64,000 nt of DNA from Malacoraja senta. Taxonomy: Eukaryota. Below are positions 13,606 to 26,657 of this stretch, in pieces; position 1 is the stretch's first letter, and each line of letters opens with the position of its first letter. The stretch covers positions 17,610,001 to 17,674,000 of the forward strand of contig CM075987.1 in NCBI GenBank assembly GCA_038087875.1. Direction: 5' to 3'. Position numbers and translations under genes: made by a program. The notes below the pieces were generated by a model. It was not told the origin of the DNA. It saw only the letters and a list, made by a program, of their open reading frames with translations, and ran no database searches.

Positions 13606-14341
13606 CACTGGGAAGGAGGGAAGAATGGAGTGTCATTGAGGGAGATAAACCAGCGAGGTCACAGGGTCAGGGTGGGGAATGGGACGGATTGGTCCACAGA
13701 GCATGGACCTGACGGGCTGAATGGCCCCTTCAGAGCTGTGATGACCCCTGACAGGTTTAATCTGTGACAGAATGATGCCTGGAATGGCAGGCATTAGCTA
13801 CAGGGTTGGGCAGACTTGCATCGTGTTCATTGGAACCCCAGAGGTTGAGTGCAGACTTATTAGTATATGAAATTAGAACAAGGCATAGATAGGGTAGACA
13901 GTCAGAATCTTTTTCCCAGGGTGGAAGTATTAAAAACTAGAGCTGCATAGCTTTAAGCTGAGAGGGGAAATTTTAAAGGAGATGTGCGGGGTAAGTTTTA
14001 TTTTTCCACAGAGGGTGGTGGGTGCCTGGAACGCGCTGCCAGGGGTGGTGGTGGAGGCAGATACGATAGTGGTGTTTAAGAGGCGCGTGGATATGTGGGG
14101 AATGGGGGGGATATTGATCACGTGCAGGCTGATAAGAGATGGTCTTGGCATTGTGTGGAGAAGGCAGGAGGCTGGGCTTGAGAGGGAAAAATATGTCAGC
14201 CATGATTGAATGGTGGAGCAGACTTGATGGGCCGAATGGTCTAATTCAGCTGCTATGTTTAATGTTGGGCGCAGACGTTGTGGGTGGAAGGGCCTGGTCC
14301 CGTGCTGTTCTGTGACAGACACAATCATGTTTGTGCCGCAG

Positions 14342-14450
14342 GCTGCTGCTGCCGAAGGGGTTCCAGGTCTCTCACTACGACTCGAATGGGACCCTGGTGA
14401 CGGAGTCTCTGGTGAATGGGACCGTGGGGACAGAGAAGGACTGGCAGCCG
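14342..14450 (+). CDS. ADAM15: ADAM prodomain exon (exon 4 equivalent), LLLPKGFQVSHYDSNGTLVTESLVNGTVGTEKDWQP
   Basis: ccgcag acceptor, ccg|gtgagg donor, 109 nt, phase 2 to 0; an in-frame alternative donor is possible after 14411. Confidence 0.85.
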
Positions 14451-15024
14451 GTGAGGATTATCGGCAAACTCTCCCACTCACACCCACACTACATTCATTG
14501 CAGTCAGCTCTCACCCTGGTCACAAACTCTTTGAATCACTTCCCTCCGGAAGGCGACTCCGGACTGTCAAAGCTGCCACAGCCAGACATAAAAACAGCTT
14601 TTTTTCCACGAGTAGTAGCTCTACTCAGTAGCCAAAAATCTGTAGCCTCCTTTTGCTCTGGTATTTTATTCAATTCACATGTTTAATCAATTATGTTTTA
14701 TTATTAATGCTTGATGTTTTATGTGTCATACCTAACTGTCACTGTATGTCGTTGTCACTTGTGGGCGGAGCACCAAAGCAAATTCCTTGTATGTGAATAC
14801 TTGGCCAATAAACTTATTCATAAACATTCATTGCAGTCAGATTGGGTGTGGGTGTTGGGACGTCATGTTCCACTTGTACAAGACTTCTGTGAGGCTGCGT
14901 TTGGAGTAGTGTGTTCTGCTTTGCTCACTCTGCTGTGGGGAATGTGTGGTTAAGCTGCAAAAAATGCAGAGAAGATTAGTTTAGTTTATTCTTGTCATGT
15001 TTGCTGCAGTACAGTGACAAGCAG

Positions 15025-15460
15025 GACTAGAGCGTGTGAGTTATAGGGAGAGGTTGAGTAGGCTGGGTCTCTATTCCATGGAGCGCAGGAGGATGAGGGG
15101 AGATCTTATAGAGGTGTACAAAATCATGAGAGGAATACATTGGGTAGATGCACAGTGTTTTATGCCCAGAGTAGGGGAATCGAGGACCAGAGGACACAGG
15201 TTCAAGGTGAAGGGGAAAAGATTTAATAGGAATCTGAGGGGTAACCTTTTCACACAAAGGGTGGTGGGTGTATGGAACGAGCTGCCAGGTACTTGTGGCT
15301 GGGACTATCCCAATGTTTAAGAAACAGTTGGACAGGTACGTGGATAGGACAGGTTTGGAGGGAGATGGACCAAGCGCAGGCAAATGGGACTAGTGTAGCT
15401 GGGACATGTTGGCCGGTGTGGGCGAGTTGGGCTGAAGGGCCTGTTTCCACACTGTATCAC
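15025..15460 (+). mobile_element. CR1 LINE 3' end
   Basis: YRERLSRLGLYSMERRRMRGDLIEVYK. Confidence 0.88.
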
Positions 15461-15821
15461 ACAATACTCTTAAAGCGGCCCCACCAACGTATTGTACAAC
15501 TGCATATTTCCCAACTTGACCTCCCAACTTCTTCACTCGATACCCTGACTGATGAAGGCCAAAGTGCCAGAAGCCTTCCTGACCACCCTATCTACCTGCG
15601 ATGCCACTTTCAAGGAACCATGCACCTGCACTCCTAGATCCCTCTGCTCTACAACACTCCCCAGAGCCCTGCCATTCACTGAAGACCCTGCCCTGGGAGG
15701 ACTTCCCAAAATGCAACCCCTCGCACATCATGCCTTGAGGAGAGACTCCCTGGCCCCTCGGTGCTTGTTCAGTTTGCTGCTTGTTAAAACTGGGGCAGCA
15801 CGGTGGCACAGACCTACCACG

Positions 15822-16497
15822 GGTGGCACAGTGGCATAGCAGTGGACCTACTGCCTCACAGCGCCAGAGACACGGGTTCCATCCCGACCTCCGCTGCTGT
15901 CTGTAGAGAGTTTGCACATGCAACGGAGATGAGGAAAAACTTTTTCACCCAGAGAGTTATGAATCTGTGGAATTCTCTGGCTCAGAATGCAGTGGAGGCC
16001 AATTCACTGTATGCTTTCAAGAGAGAGTTAAATAGAGCTCTTAAAGATAGCGGAGTCAGGGGATATGGGGAGAAGGCAGAAACGGGGTACTGAATGTGGA
16101 TGATCAGCCATGATCACATTGAATGGCGGTGCTGGCTCGAAGGGCCGAATGGCCTACTCCTGCACCTATTGTCTATTGTCTATTCTCCCTGTGACCGCGT
16201 GGGTTTTCTCCGGATGCTCCGGTTTCCACCCACATTCCAAAGATGTGCAGGTTTGTAGGTTAATTGGCTTCCATAAATTTGTAAATTGTCCATACTATTT
16301 TGGATAGATTCAGGATTCAAGATTTAATTTTATTGTCACATGTACCAATTAAGGTACAGTGAAATTTCAGTTACTGTACAGCCATAATAAGAGAAAAACA
16401 AGACACAATAAGTGTACGGGGTGATCGATGGTTGGCACAGACTCAGTGGGCTAAAGGGCCTGTTTCCTCGCTGCAACTCTAAACAAAACTAAACTAT
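15822..16497 (+). mobile_element. HE1/V-SINE interrupted by a CR1 3' fragment (about 15920-16183) and another retroposon tail
   Basis: SINE head at 15822, body resumes at 16184, tail at about 16412-16497. Confidence 0.7.
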
Positions 16498-16682
16498 CAA
16501 GTATCACTTTGCGATGAGTGACCATAATTCCACTAGTTTTAAATCTTTTCACCGTACCTCGGTACACGTGACAATAACCTGAAGTAAAGCGGCACGTCAA
16601 CTCCTGGCAGCTTCTCCGGCAGATTGCACTGGTCTGAGCCGTGGGGTACTTGTACTGGGCCACTGAGACTGGTGAAGGTAAC

Positions 16683-16926
16683 GCTGATGTTGCTGCTGAT
16701 GTTGATGCTGATGTTGATGTTGATGTTGATGTTGATGTTGATGCTGATGTTGATGTTGATGATGTTGATGCTGATGTTGATGCTGATGTTGATGTTGATG
16801 ATGTTGATGTTGATGCTGATGCTGATGTTGATGTTGATGTTGATGCTGATGTTGATGCTGATGTTGATGCTGATGTTGATGCTGATGCTGATGTTGATGC
16901 TGATGTTGATGTTGATGCTGATGTTG
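16683..16926. repeat. (GATGTT/GATGCT)n microsatellite, about 40 hexamers
   Basis: Direct reading; source of the poly-QH, LM, DV and IS ORFs. Confidence 0.97.
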
Positions 16927-17021
16927 GGAGAGAGCTGGCTGTGGGGGACGTGTAATGGCCGCACTCTCTGGGCCACTGTGAGTGGTGAAGGTAATGCTAA
17001 CACTGAACTCTCTCCTCACAG

Positions 17022-17098
17022 GGTTTGTGTTACTACGAGGGGTTTGTCAGAAGCCTGCGGGGCTCTGCCGTGTCTGCCAGCACCTGCTCAGGACTCAG
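17022..17098 (+). CDS. ADAM15: ADAM prodomain exon (exon 5 equivalent), GLCYYEGFVRSLRGSAVSASTCSGL(S)
   Basis: tctcctcacag acceptor, ag|gtacac donor, 77 nt, phase 0 to 2; CYY.G.V...STCSGL motif. Confidence 0.93.
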
Positions 17099-17867
17099 GT
17101 ACACGTGGTCTCCATGTCCGTGTCTCCGTGTGTTCTCCATGTCACACGTGTTCCCGTGTCCGTGGCTCTGTGTGTCCGTGGCCCACGATGTCTGGACCAA
17201 ACACGATGCCAAGTCTGATCTACCTGCACGTGATCCATAACCCTCCGTTCCCTGAATATCCATGAGCCAATCTAAAGCCTCTTAAACACCACAGCTATAT
17301 TCTGCACTCTGTCTCTTCCTCTTTCATCCACCAATCCTACTTGAATTTGGCATGATTGATTCATAGAGTCATAGAGCATGAAATCAGGCGCTTCGGCCCA
17401 ACTTGCCCATGCTGACCAAGATGCCCCATCTACTCTAATCCCACCTGCCCGCGTTTGGCCCATATCCCTCTAAACCTGTCCTATCCATGTACCTGTCCAA
17501 ATGTCTTTTAAATGTTGTGATAGTCCCAGCCTCAACTACCTCCTCTGGCAGCTCGTTCCATACACCCACCTCCCTTTGTGTGAAAAACCTCCCTCTCAGG
17601 TTCCTGTTCAACCTTTGTGTAGGTATATCATCTTTGTATATTTAAGTATAGTATTAACTGATCTGATTGGATGGCATGCAAAACAAAACATGACAGTAAT
17701 AATCCTAAACCTGTTTTTTCTGTCTCCACCACCACCCCGGTGGTGCATTGATTAGTAGTTAGGGGTTACAGGAAGAAGGCTGGATGAAGGGATTAGGAGG
17801 GGAGATAAATCAGTCATGATTGAATGGTGGAGTCGACTTGATGGGCCAGATGGCCTAATTAGACACG

Positions 17868-18462
17868 ACAATAGTTGCAGGAGTAGGTCATTCGGCCCTT
17901 CAAACCATTCAATGTGATCATGGCTGATCATCCACAATCAGTACCCCTTTCCTGCCTTCTCCCCATATCCCCTGACTCCACTATCTTTAAGAGCCCTATC
18001 TAGCTCTCTCTTGAGTATCCAGAGAACTGGCCTTGAACGCCCTCTGAGGCAGAGAATTCCACAGACTCACAACTCTCTGTGAGAAAAAGAGTTTCCTTGT
18101 CTCCGTTCTAAATGGCTTACCCCTTATTCTTAAACTGTGGCCCCTGGTTCTGGACTCCCCCAACATCGGGAACATGTTTCCTGCCTCTAGCGAGTCCAAA
18201 CCCTTAATAATCTTATATGTTTCAATAAGATATCCTCTCATCCTTCTAAACTCTAGAGTATACAAGCCCAGCCATTCCTTTCTATCAGCATATGATAGTC
18301 CCGCCATCCCGGGAATTAACCTTGTGAACCTACGCTGCACTCCCTCAATAGCAAGAATGTCCTTCCTCAAATTTGAAGACCAAAACTGCACACAATGCTC
18401 TAGGTGTGGTCTCAGTAGGGCCCTGTACAACTGCAGAAGGACCTCTTTGCTCCTATACTCAA
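17868..18462 (-). mobile_element. CR1 LINE 3' fragment
   Basis: ORF 17996-18496 EYRSKEVLLQLYRAL... Confidence 0.88.
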
Positions 18463-19367
18463 GCCAGCTCCTATCACATGATATGATTCCAGGCATTCAC
18501 CACTCTGTGTAAAAAAACTAGCTGCACACATCGCCGTTAAACTTTGCCCCTTTCAACTTAAAGCTATGCTCTCTAGCATTTGATATTCTCACCTTGGGGG
18601 GTGGGAGGAAACAGAAACGACCTGAATGAACTGAGGTTCTGACTGTCCACCCTAACTGTGCCTCTCACTATTTTATACACTTCTATCAGGTCTCCCCTCA
18701 ACCTCTGGAGTTCCAGAGAAAACAATCCAAGTCTGTCCAACCTCTCCTGATAGTTCATACACCTTCCTATCCACATATCTGTTCAAATATATTTTAAAAG
18801 ATGGATTTGTAAGTGCTTGCGCCGTGTGGAATTGTGCGGGCAACATAAGATCGTAAGGAATAGGAGTAGAATTAGGCCATTCGGCCCATCAAGTCTACTC
18901 CGCCATTCAATCATGGCTGATCTATCTCTCCCTCCGAACCCCATTCTCCTGCCTTCTCCCCATAACCCCTGACACCCGTACTAATCAAGAATCTATCTAT
19001 CTCTGTATCCGTTAATGGCCTCCACAGCCTTCTGTGGCAAAGAATTCCACAGATTCACCACCCTCTGACCAAAGAAGTTCCTCCACATCTCCATCCTAAA
19101 AGAACGGCTGTGGAGGCCAAGAAATCCACAGATTCGCCACCCTCTGTCGAAAGAACAGGGTGGTGGATGCGTGGAACGCGCTGCCAGGGGTGGTGGTGGA
19201 GGCAGATACAATAGTTCAAGTTCAAGTTCACATTTATTGTTACATGCACCAATTGGTACAGTGACATTGGAGTTACCATACAGCCATACGAAGAAAAAGA
19301 ACACAATACACGATAGAGTTTAACATAAACATTCACCACAGCGGAATCTACAGCCTCCCAAACTCCC

Positions 19368-20535
19368 ACCTTTTTCGTTTTTTCCAGATTAGGGATTTTG
19401 TGAAGAAGACATTCCCCTATTTCCCAAATCGCCCCCCTGAAACCCTGACCGAAACAATCTTAGCTCTAGATCCCAACCGGAAGAAATGCATCTCTATTTT
19501 GTATAACTTGCTAGGGTCGGTTATATTGAAACCTCATACCTCATTAAAAGCTGCGTGGGAGGGTGAGCTGAATACGAAACTAACAGACCAGCAATGGGAC
19601 TCTGCCTTGGATTTGATCCATTCCTCCTCCATATGTGCCCGTCATGGCCTAATCCAATGCAAAGTCCTTCACAAAGCCCACTACACAAATGCAAGATTAG
19701 CTAGAATGTACCCCGCTGTTAGGGACACCTGCAACAGATGTAATCAATCCCCTGCCAACCATAGCCATATGTTTTGGTCTTGCCCTAAGCTAGCAGCCTT
19801 TTGGAGGAGTGCTTTCGACTTGATAAGCAGAGCCTACGGCCAGACTATTCCTCCAAACCCAATGTCAGCCATTTTCGGTACCCCTCCCAACACCAACCTT
19901 TCTGTTGCGGTGAAACGGGCCCTAGCTTTTACAACCTTGTTAGCCCGGAGACTGATCTTGCTTAACTGGAGGCTCACCTGTCCCCCGACACATGCCCGTT
20001 GGATTAAGGAGGTGCTTTACAATTTAAAGCTTGAAAAACTTAGGTTCTCTCTCAAAGGCTCTACCAAGACATTCCTAGATACATGGAACCCTTTCTTGGA
20101 ACTTGTTAACTCTCTCAACTTGTCCCCGAACTCGGAAGAGGATTGAGTGCTCTCCACCATTGTTTTGCTCTACTGCAGCTGCTCTCCCCTTAACCCCCCC
20201 CCCTCCCCACACTTATTTATTTAATTACTTACTTATTTACTGTTATTAGTGACCCCAAATTATTATTTTTAAATTTTTTTTTTAAATTTAGTATTTGTTT
20301 TGTTTCGTTTATCTTACCATATGTGTGTGGATGTGTACGTGTGTGAGTGTTGTTTGTCCCCGTTTGGTTCCGACCTGATTCGGGTGGGTTGAAGGTGGGT
20401 ACGGGTAAGGGCTTTGAGGGTCGCTTACATACTGTTGCACAATTATGCCTTGACTGTCACTGTCTGTTATCATAGTATGTATGCAAATTGCTGCGAAATT
20501 CAAATAAAAAGATTTAAATAATAAATAAATAAATT
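19368..20535 (+). mobile_element. L1/Tx1-clade LINE 3' end
   Basis: ORF 19400-20146 with CNRC..x8..HMFWSC knuckle and ARRLILLNW; AATAAA and A-rich tail at about 20503-20535. Confidence 0.88.
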
Positions 20536-22970
20536 AAAATAATGTTTTTGTTTTTTAACTGTCCTGTGAAACAATATAGTGATAGACAAAAACAAACAAA
20601 TAGTCCATGGATCACTAAGGGTTTAAAAAATGCCTGCAAAAAGAAAAACACACTATATAGACAATTCGTAAAATATCAAACTTCAGAAGCAGAAAATAAA
20701 TATAAAAAATATAAGAATTAACCAATATTATGAGGATATGTAAGAAAGAATACTATAATAAAATGTTAGAGAATAATAAAAACAATATGAAAGGTTTATG
20801 GAACGTGCTAAATAGTATTATTAGAAATGGATCAAAAATACAGGCTACCCTGAGTATTTTATTGAGGAAGACAAGACAATAAATAATATGGGTGATGCGA
20901 TTAATGGTTTTGACAAATTCTTTGTAAATGTTGGACCAGATTTGGCAGAAAAAATTAATGACCCAGAAACAAAAGAAGGGGCAGATACTGATCTTTGGGA
21001 TAGAAATACTAGCTCTATCTTCCTTAGAGCAGTCGAAGGAAAAGAAATCATAGACACTGTAAGAAAATGTAAAACCAAATCCTCTACTGATTGGAATGAT
21101 ATTGATATGATTATAATAAAAAACATTATTGAAGAAATTGCAGAACCATTAACTCATATCTGTAACTTGTCTTTTCAATTTGGTAAATTTCCGAACAAAG
21201 TAATAGCATTATATAAAACTGGGGATAGACACCATTTCACACATTACAGGCCTGTTTCTTTACTCTCCCAATTCTTCAAGATCCTTTAAAAACTTTTTAC
21301 AGAAAGACTTGACAATTTCATTGAAAAACATAAGCTTTTGGTCGACAGTCAATATGGATATGGACAGACAGATCAACATCTATGGCACTAATGGAACTAA
21401 TCGAGGACATCACAAATTGTATAGATAATAAAAAACACGCAGTGGGAATATTCATAGACTTTAAAAAAGCATTTGATACTGTAAATCATGACATTTTACT
21501 CATGAAACTGGATAGGTATGGCATCAGAGGGGTTGGATTGGATTGGGTGAGAAGCTATTTAAGAAACAGGCAACAATTTGTAGAAATAGGTGAACATAAA
21601 TCAATCTACATGAACATAACTTGTGGAGTACCTCAAGGGTCTGTGTTAGGTCCAAAGCTTTTCATAATGTACATTAACGACATATGCAAAGTATCAAATA
21701 TACTGAAATTGATTATATTTGCTGATGATACAAATATTTTTTGTTCCGGTGACAATTTGAAGCAGCTTTTCGAGGTCATCACATCAGAAATGAATAAATT
21801 AAAACAGTGGTTTGATGTCAACAAATTGTCTTTAAATTTATGCAAAATAAAGATTATGCTATTTGGAAAACATAAAACAAACCCTCAAGTACAATTGAAA
21901 ATAGATAACATAAGTATAGAAAGAGTGTATGAATATAAATTTCTTGGTGTGATCTTAGACAACAAAATCTGCTGGAAACCACGTCAAAGCAAAACTGGCA
22001 AAGTCTATAGCAATATTGGGAAAATCAAGACACATTCTGGACCACAAATCATTCCATACTCTGTATAATACACTCATATTGCCATATCTGAGTTACTGTG
22101 TGGAGATATGGGGTAACACCTACAAAACCAACCTACAGCCGTTATGTACATTACAAAAAAGAGCAATAAGAATTATCAATAACGTTGGATATCTTGAACA
22201 TACCAATTTATTATTCTTAAAGTCACATACACTGAAGTTTACCGATCTGGTTAAATTTAAGACTGCGCTAATCATGTACAAAGCAAGAAATAATTTACTT
22301 CCAAGAAATATACAAAAACTGTTTATGGAAAGACAGGGTGGGTATAATTTGAGAGGGGAACATAATTTAAAAAACTCAATGTCAGAACAACTCTTAAAAG
22401 TATGTGCATAGCAATCTGTGGGGTGAATTTGTGGAATGGTCTGGAACAGGAAATAAAACTTAGCACAAACATAATTCAGTTTAAAAAGATGTACAAAAAC
22501 ACTTTTTTTAAAGGATATTGGGATGAGGATAGGTGATTGTGAGTGGGATATTTGTTATACTGATTGTATTGGGAAGGGTGATTATAGGGTGATGGGTTGT
22601 ATATATGACTAAGAGATACTGGGTAGTATATGAGGGTTTTTTCTTTTCTTTTTTCTTTTTTTCTCTCTTTTTTTGTATGGCTTTGTAAATATTTGATTAG
22701 TGTATAAATGTAAATAATTTGGTGTACATATAGCTGCTGGTGTACATATGGTGTACATATAGCTGCTAAATTTGTATAAGATAATTGTAAGCAGTTGAAT
22801 AAGGGGTGGGAATTAATAAGCTTTGGCTTCTTCCTGCTCCTTTTCGGACACATACGATTTAATTTATTTATAGATATTGTTTATGACACTTTATAAATAT
22901 TCTTGATTTGTTTTTTTGTATGCTGTTTCATACTTGCTTTTTATTCTTTTATTCTGTTCGAAATAAAGAA
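20536..22970 (+). mobile_element. AT-rich L2-group (Crack/Daphne-like) LINE, 5'-truncated and frameshifted
   Basis: [71 protein letters not shown]. Confidence 0.82.
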
Positions 22971-23364
22971 CAGAGGCTTTTGGATAGGTGCATGGATATG
23001 TGGGGAATGGAGGGATATGGATTGCCATGGATATGGAGGCAGGTTCTCTGGATGCTTTCAAGAGAGAGCTAGATAGGGCTCTTAAAAATAGCGCAGTCAG
23101 GGGATATGGGGAGAAGGCAGGAACGGGGTACTGATTGGGGATGATCAGCCATGATCACATTGAATGGCGGTGCTGGCTCGAAGGGCCGAATGGCCTACTC
23201 CTGCACCTATTGTCTATTGTCTATTGTGCGCCCGTAGGTAAGAGTTGTTCTTGGCATCATGTTGGTCTCGGGCATTGTGGGCCGAAGGGCCTGCTCCCGT
23301 ACTGTTCTATGTTGCATTTATCAGAGTTTGGGTCAACAGTGAGCATCTTCTCTCCCTCTCCCAG

Positions 23365-23539
23365 TGCCCTGATTGTCCTCAGTAACCGGACCTACGTCAT
23401 CGAGCATCTGAGGGGATCTGTGAGCGGGCAACATTTGATGTACAGGCCTGAAGATGTGAAGTGGGTGCCGGCTCAGTGTGGAGTGAGAAACACATCCCCT
23501 GCACCCAACCTGGCCAAGCAACTGCAGCAACTGCACCGG
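23365..23539 (+). CDS. ADAM15: ADAM prodomain exon with cysteine switch (exon 6 equivalent), ALIVLSNRTYVIEH...PAQCGV...QQLHR
   Basis: ctctcccag acceptor, cgg|gtgagt donor, 175 nt, phase 2 to 0; TYVIE, H..Y and CGV motifs. Confidence 0.92.
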
Positions 23540-23769
23540 GTGAGTGGACCCCTTCACCAAGCCTTGGGTGGGCATTCACAAAGGGGGGCAGAGGCTTTGG
23601 AGAGGGTGCACAGGAGGTTTGCCTGAATGAAGCCTGCATTGGAGAGTAAGGATAGACTTGGATTATTTTCTCTGGAATGCCAGAGGCTGCAGGGAGCTCC
23701 AATAGTATATAAAACTATGAGAGGATTCACCAGTCAGCTATCTTCACCACTATCCGCAGAACCAGACAA

Positions 23770-25650
23770 TTTCTGTCTACCAATACTCTCCTCTTCCAAC
23801 AACTTCTTTGACTCCTCCCACTTCCTCCAAATCCAAGGCGTAGCTATGGACACCCACATGGGCTCCAGCTATGCCTGCCTCTGTGTAGGGTATGCCGAAC
23901 AATCCCTGTTCCAGGTGTACACTGGTCCTATCGCCGAACTCTACCTCCGCTACATTGATGACTGCATCGGTGCTACCTCCTGCACCAATGCAGAACTCAC
24001 TGACTTCATCCAATTCACCACTAACTTCCATCCAGCACTGAAATTCACCTGGACAATCTCCGACATCTCCCTACCGTTTCTTGACCTCACCATCTCCATC
24101 ACAGGTAACAGACTACTGACCGACATCTACCACAAACCCACTGACTCCCATGGCTATCTGGACTACACTTCTTCCAACCATGCTTCCTGATCGGCGATCA
24201 TTTCGCCGAACACCTCCGCTCGGTCCGCATTAACCAACCTGACCTCCCGGTGGCTCAGCACTTCAACTCCCCCTCCCATTCCGAATCCGACCTCTCTGTC
24301 CTGGGCCTCCTCCATGGCCAAAGTGAGCACCACCGGAAATTGGAGGAGCAGCACCTCATATTCCGCTTGGGCAGTCTGCACCCTAGCGGCATAAACATTG
24401 AATTCTCCAATTTCCGGTAGCCCTTGCTGTCTCCTCCCCTTCTCAGCTCTCCCTCAACCCTCGGTCTCCTCCTCTTCCTTTTTCCTTTCTTCTCCCCGCC
24501 CCCCACCCCCCACCCTCCATCAGTCTGAAGAAGGGTTTCGGCCCGAAACGTTGCCTATTTCCTTCGCTCCATAGATGCTGCTGCACCCACTGAGTTTCTC
24601 CAGCACTTTTGTCTACCTCCTGTAAAGACTCTATCCCTTATTCCCAATTCTTCCGTCTATGCCGCATCTGCACCCAGGATGAGGTGTTCCAAACCAGGGC
24701 ATCTGAGATGTCCTTATTCTTTAGGAAATGGGGGTTCCCCTCTTCTATTATAGATGAGGCTCTCACCAGAGTCTCCTCGATATCCCGTAGCTCTGCTCTT
24801 ACTCCTCATCCCCTACTCGTAACAACTCCTCACCTTCCACCCTACCAGCCGTCGCAGACAGCATATAATCCTCCAACATTTTCACCACCTCCAACGGGAT
24901 CCCACCACTGGCCACATCTTCCCATCTCTTCCCCTTTCTGCTTTCCGCAGAGACCGTTCCCTCCGTAACTCCCTGGTCAACTCATCCCTTCTCACCCAAA
25001 CCACCCCCTCCCCAGGTACTTTCCCTTGCAACCGCAGGAGATGCAACACCTGTCCCTTTACCTCCCCCCTCGACTCCATCCAAGGACCCATACAGTCGTT
25101 CCAGGTGAGGCAGAGGTTCACCTGCATCTCCTCCAACCTCATCTACTGCATCCGCTGTTCCTGGTGTCAACTTCTCTACATTGGCGAGACCAGGCTCGGC
25201 AATCATTTCACTGAACACCTCCACTCAGTCCGTCTTAACCTACCTGATCTCCTGGTTGCTCAGCACTTCAACTCCCCTCCTATTCCCAATCTGACCTTTC
25301 CGTCCGGGGCTTCCTCCATTGTCAGAGTGAGGCCCAGCGCAAATTGGAGGAACAGCACCTCATATTTCACTTGGGCAGCTTACGCCCCAGCAGTATGAAC
25401 ATTGACTTCTCTAACTTCAAATGGCCCTTGTTTTCCCTCTCTCTCCATCCCCTCCCCTTCCCAGTTCTCCCACTAGCCTTACTGTCTCCACCTACATTCT
25501 TTCTTTGTCCCATCCCCAACATCAGTCTGAAGAAGGGTCTCGATCCAAAACACACCCATTCCTTCTCCCCATAGATGCTGCCTCACCTGCTGAGTTACTC
25601 CAGCATTTTGTGTCTACCTTTGATTTTATCCAGCATCTGCAGTTCTTTCT
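23770..25650 (+). mobile_element. Penelope-like element (RT plus GIY-YIG remnant) with a nested PLE 3' fragment at 24190-24617
   Basis: QIQGVAM..MGSSYA, YLRYIDD, LPFLD, YHKPTDSHGYL; NLIYCIRC..C.LLYIGET; nested copy flanked by tcctg (24185-24189, 24618-24622). Confidence 0.9.
24525..24552 (+). ncRNA. Minimal type-I hammerhead-ribozyme motif in PLE repeat
   Basis: CUGAAGA-a-gggu(uucg)gccc-GAAA-cg-UU; stem I weak. Confidence 0.6.
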
Positions 25651-26349
25651 CATTAGCCATATATGTAAACATACAGTCACACAAAAAAGCCACAAGACAC
25701 CTAACTACATAAAGATTAATCGTAGACTTAAACGTCCACCACAGCGGCGTGTGAGTATCCCCGGGGCACACAGCATAAGCGGAGACCCACAGCCATCAGT
25801 TCAATGTCCGGGCCACACACACGCTCCGTCACCGTGATGTGAGCAGAGTTGTACCGACCGCTGTCACTCTCTCTGCAGACCCTGTCCCTGTCAAACAGTC
25901 TGAAAGCCGTCCACACTCGCACCTGACTCCGGGATGTCCTCATGGAGCGATGTCCCCGCAAACACCAAGGTCACTGCACTCATGGCGCTCCCTCCGAGCC
26001 TCACCAGCGCAGGCAGCACGTCCATCTTGTTTTTTCGGAGACCTCACATTCCCCATTGTTATGGAAGGCAAATATCTTATACCTTCTTTCCTCCTTTTCT
26101 CCCGCATCTGGGTGATCGAAGCTCCCGCAATCATAGAAACATGGACAATAGGTGCAGGAGTAGGCCATTCGGCCCTTCGAGCCAGCACCGCCATTCAATG
26201 TGATCATGGCTGATCATCCCCAATCAGTACCCCATTCCTGCCTTCTCCCCATATCCCTCGATTCCTTTAGCCCCAAGAGCGATTTCTAATTCTCTTAATT
26301 GTAACTGTTCTTGCAACAGTGTAGGAAGGAACTGCAAATGCTGGTTTGA

Positions 26350-26657
26350 GGAGGCCAGGTCGGGGAGGCCGAAGCTCCTGCAGTTGGAGCTCCCGCAGTC
26401 GATCCCTAACAAAGGGACCGCCAGCTCCACGATGTTAAGGCCGCAGTGCGGACGGAGATATGATGCGGGAAAAGTCGCATCTCCGTGGAGGAAAGAGATA
26501 AAATAGGTCCCACCCCCCCACACCCAACACCCACATAATACAAAAACTAAAGATACACTAAAACATACAATTAAACACAGTAAACACAGACCAAAACAGC
26601 TACAGATGATAAAGATGAGACAGGCTGTTGGCACGGCTGCCATGTACGGTGCCACCC
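26350..26657 (-). mobile_element. 5' part of a non-autonomous Rex/Babar-like retroposon, related to 36570-37655 and 51030-51774
   Basis: Shared ccagctcc..gatgtta.gccgcag...cgcatc..c and 5' end gtggc.ccgtac...ggcagcc. Confidence 0.65.

Noticed and set aside
16539..17265. Poly-QH, LM, DV and IS ORFs, and minus-strand DQCNLPEK resembling CDLPE
   Set aside because: Translations of a microsatellite; the disintegrin resemblance is short, antisense and lacks the Cys pattern
23627..24190. Exonised Penelope RT fused to the ADAM prodomain
   Set aside because: The exon closes at a consensus donor (23539) and joins the next exon in phase; the RT remnant is a degraded CR1-PLE chimera
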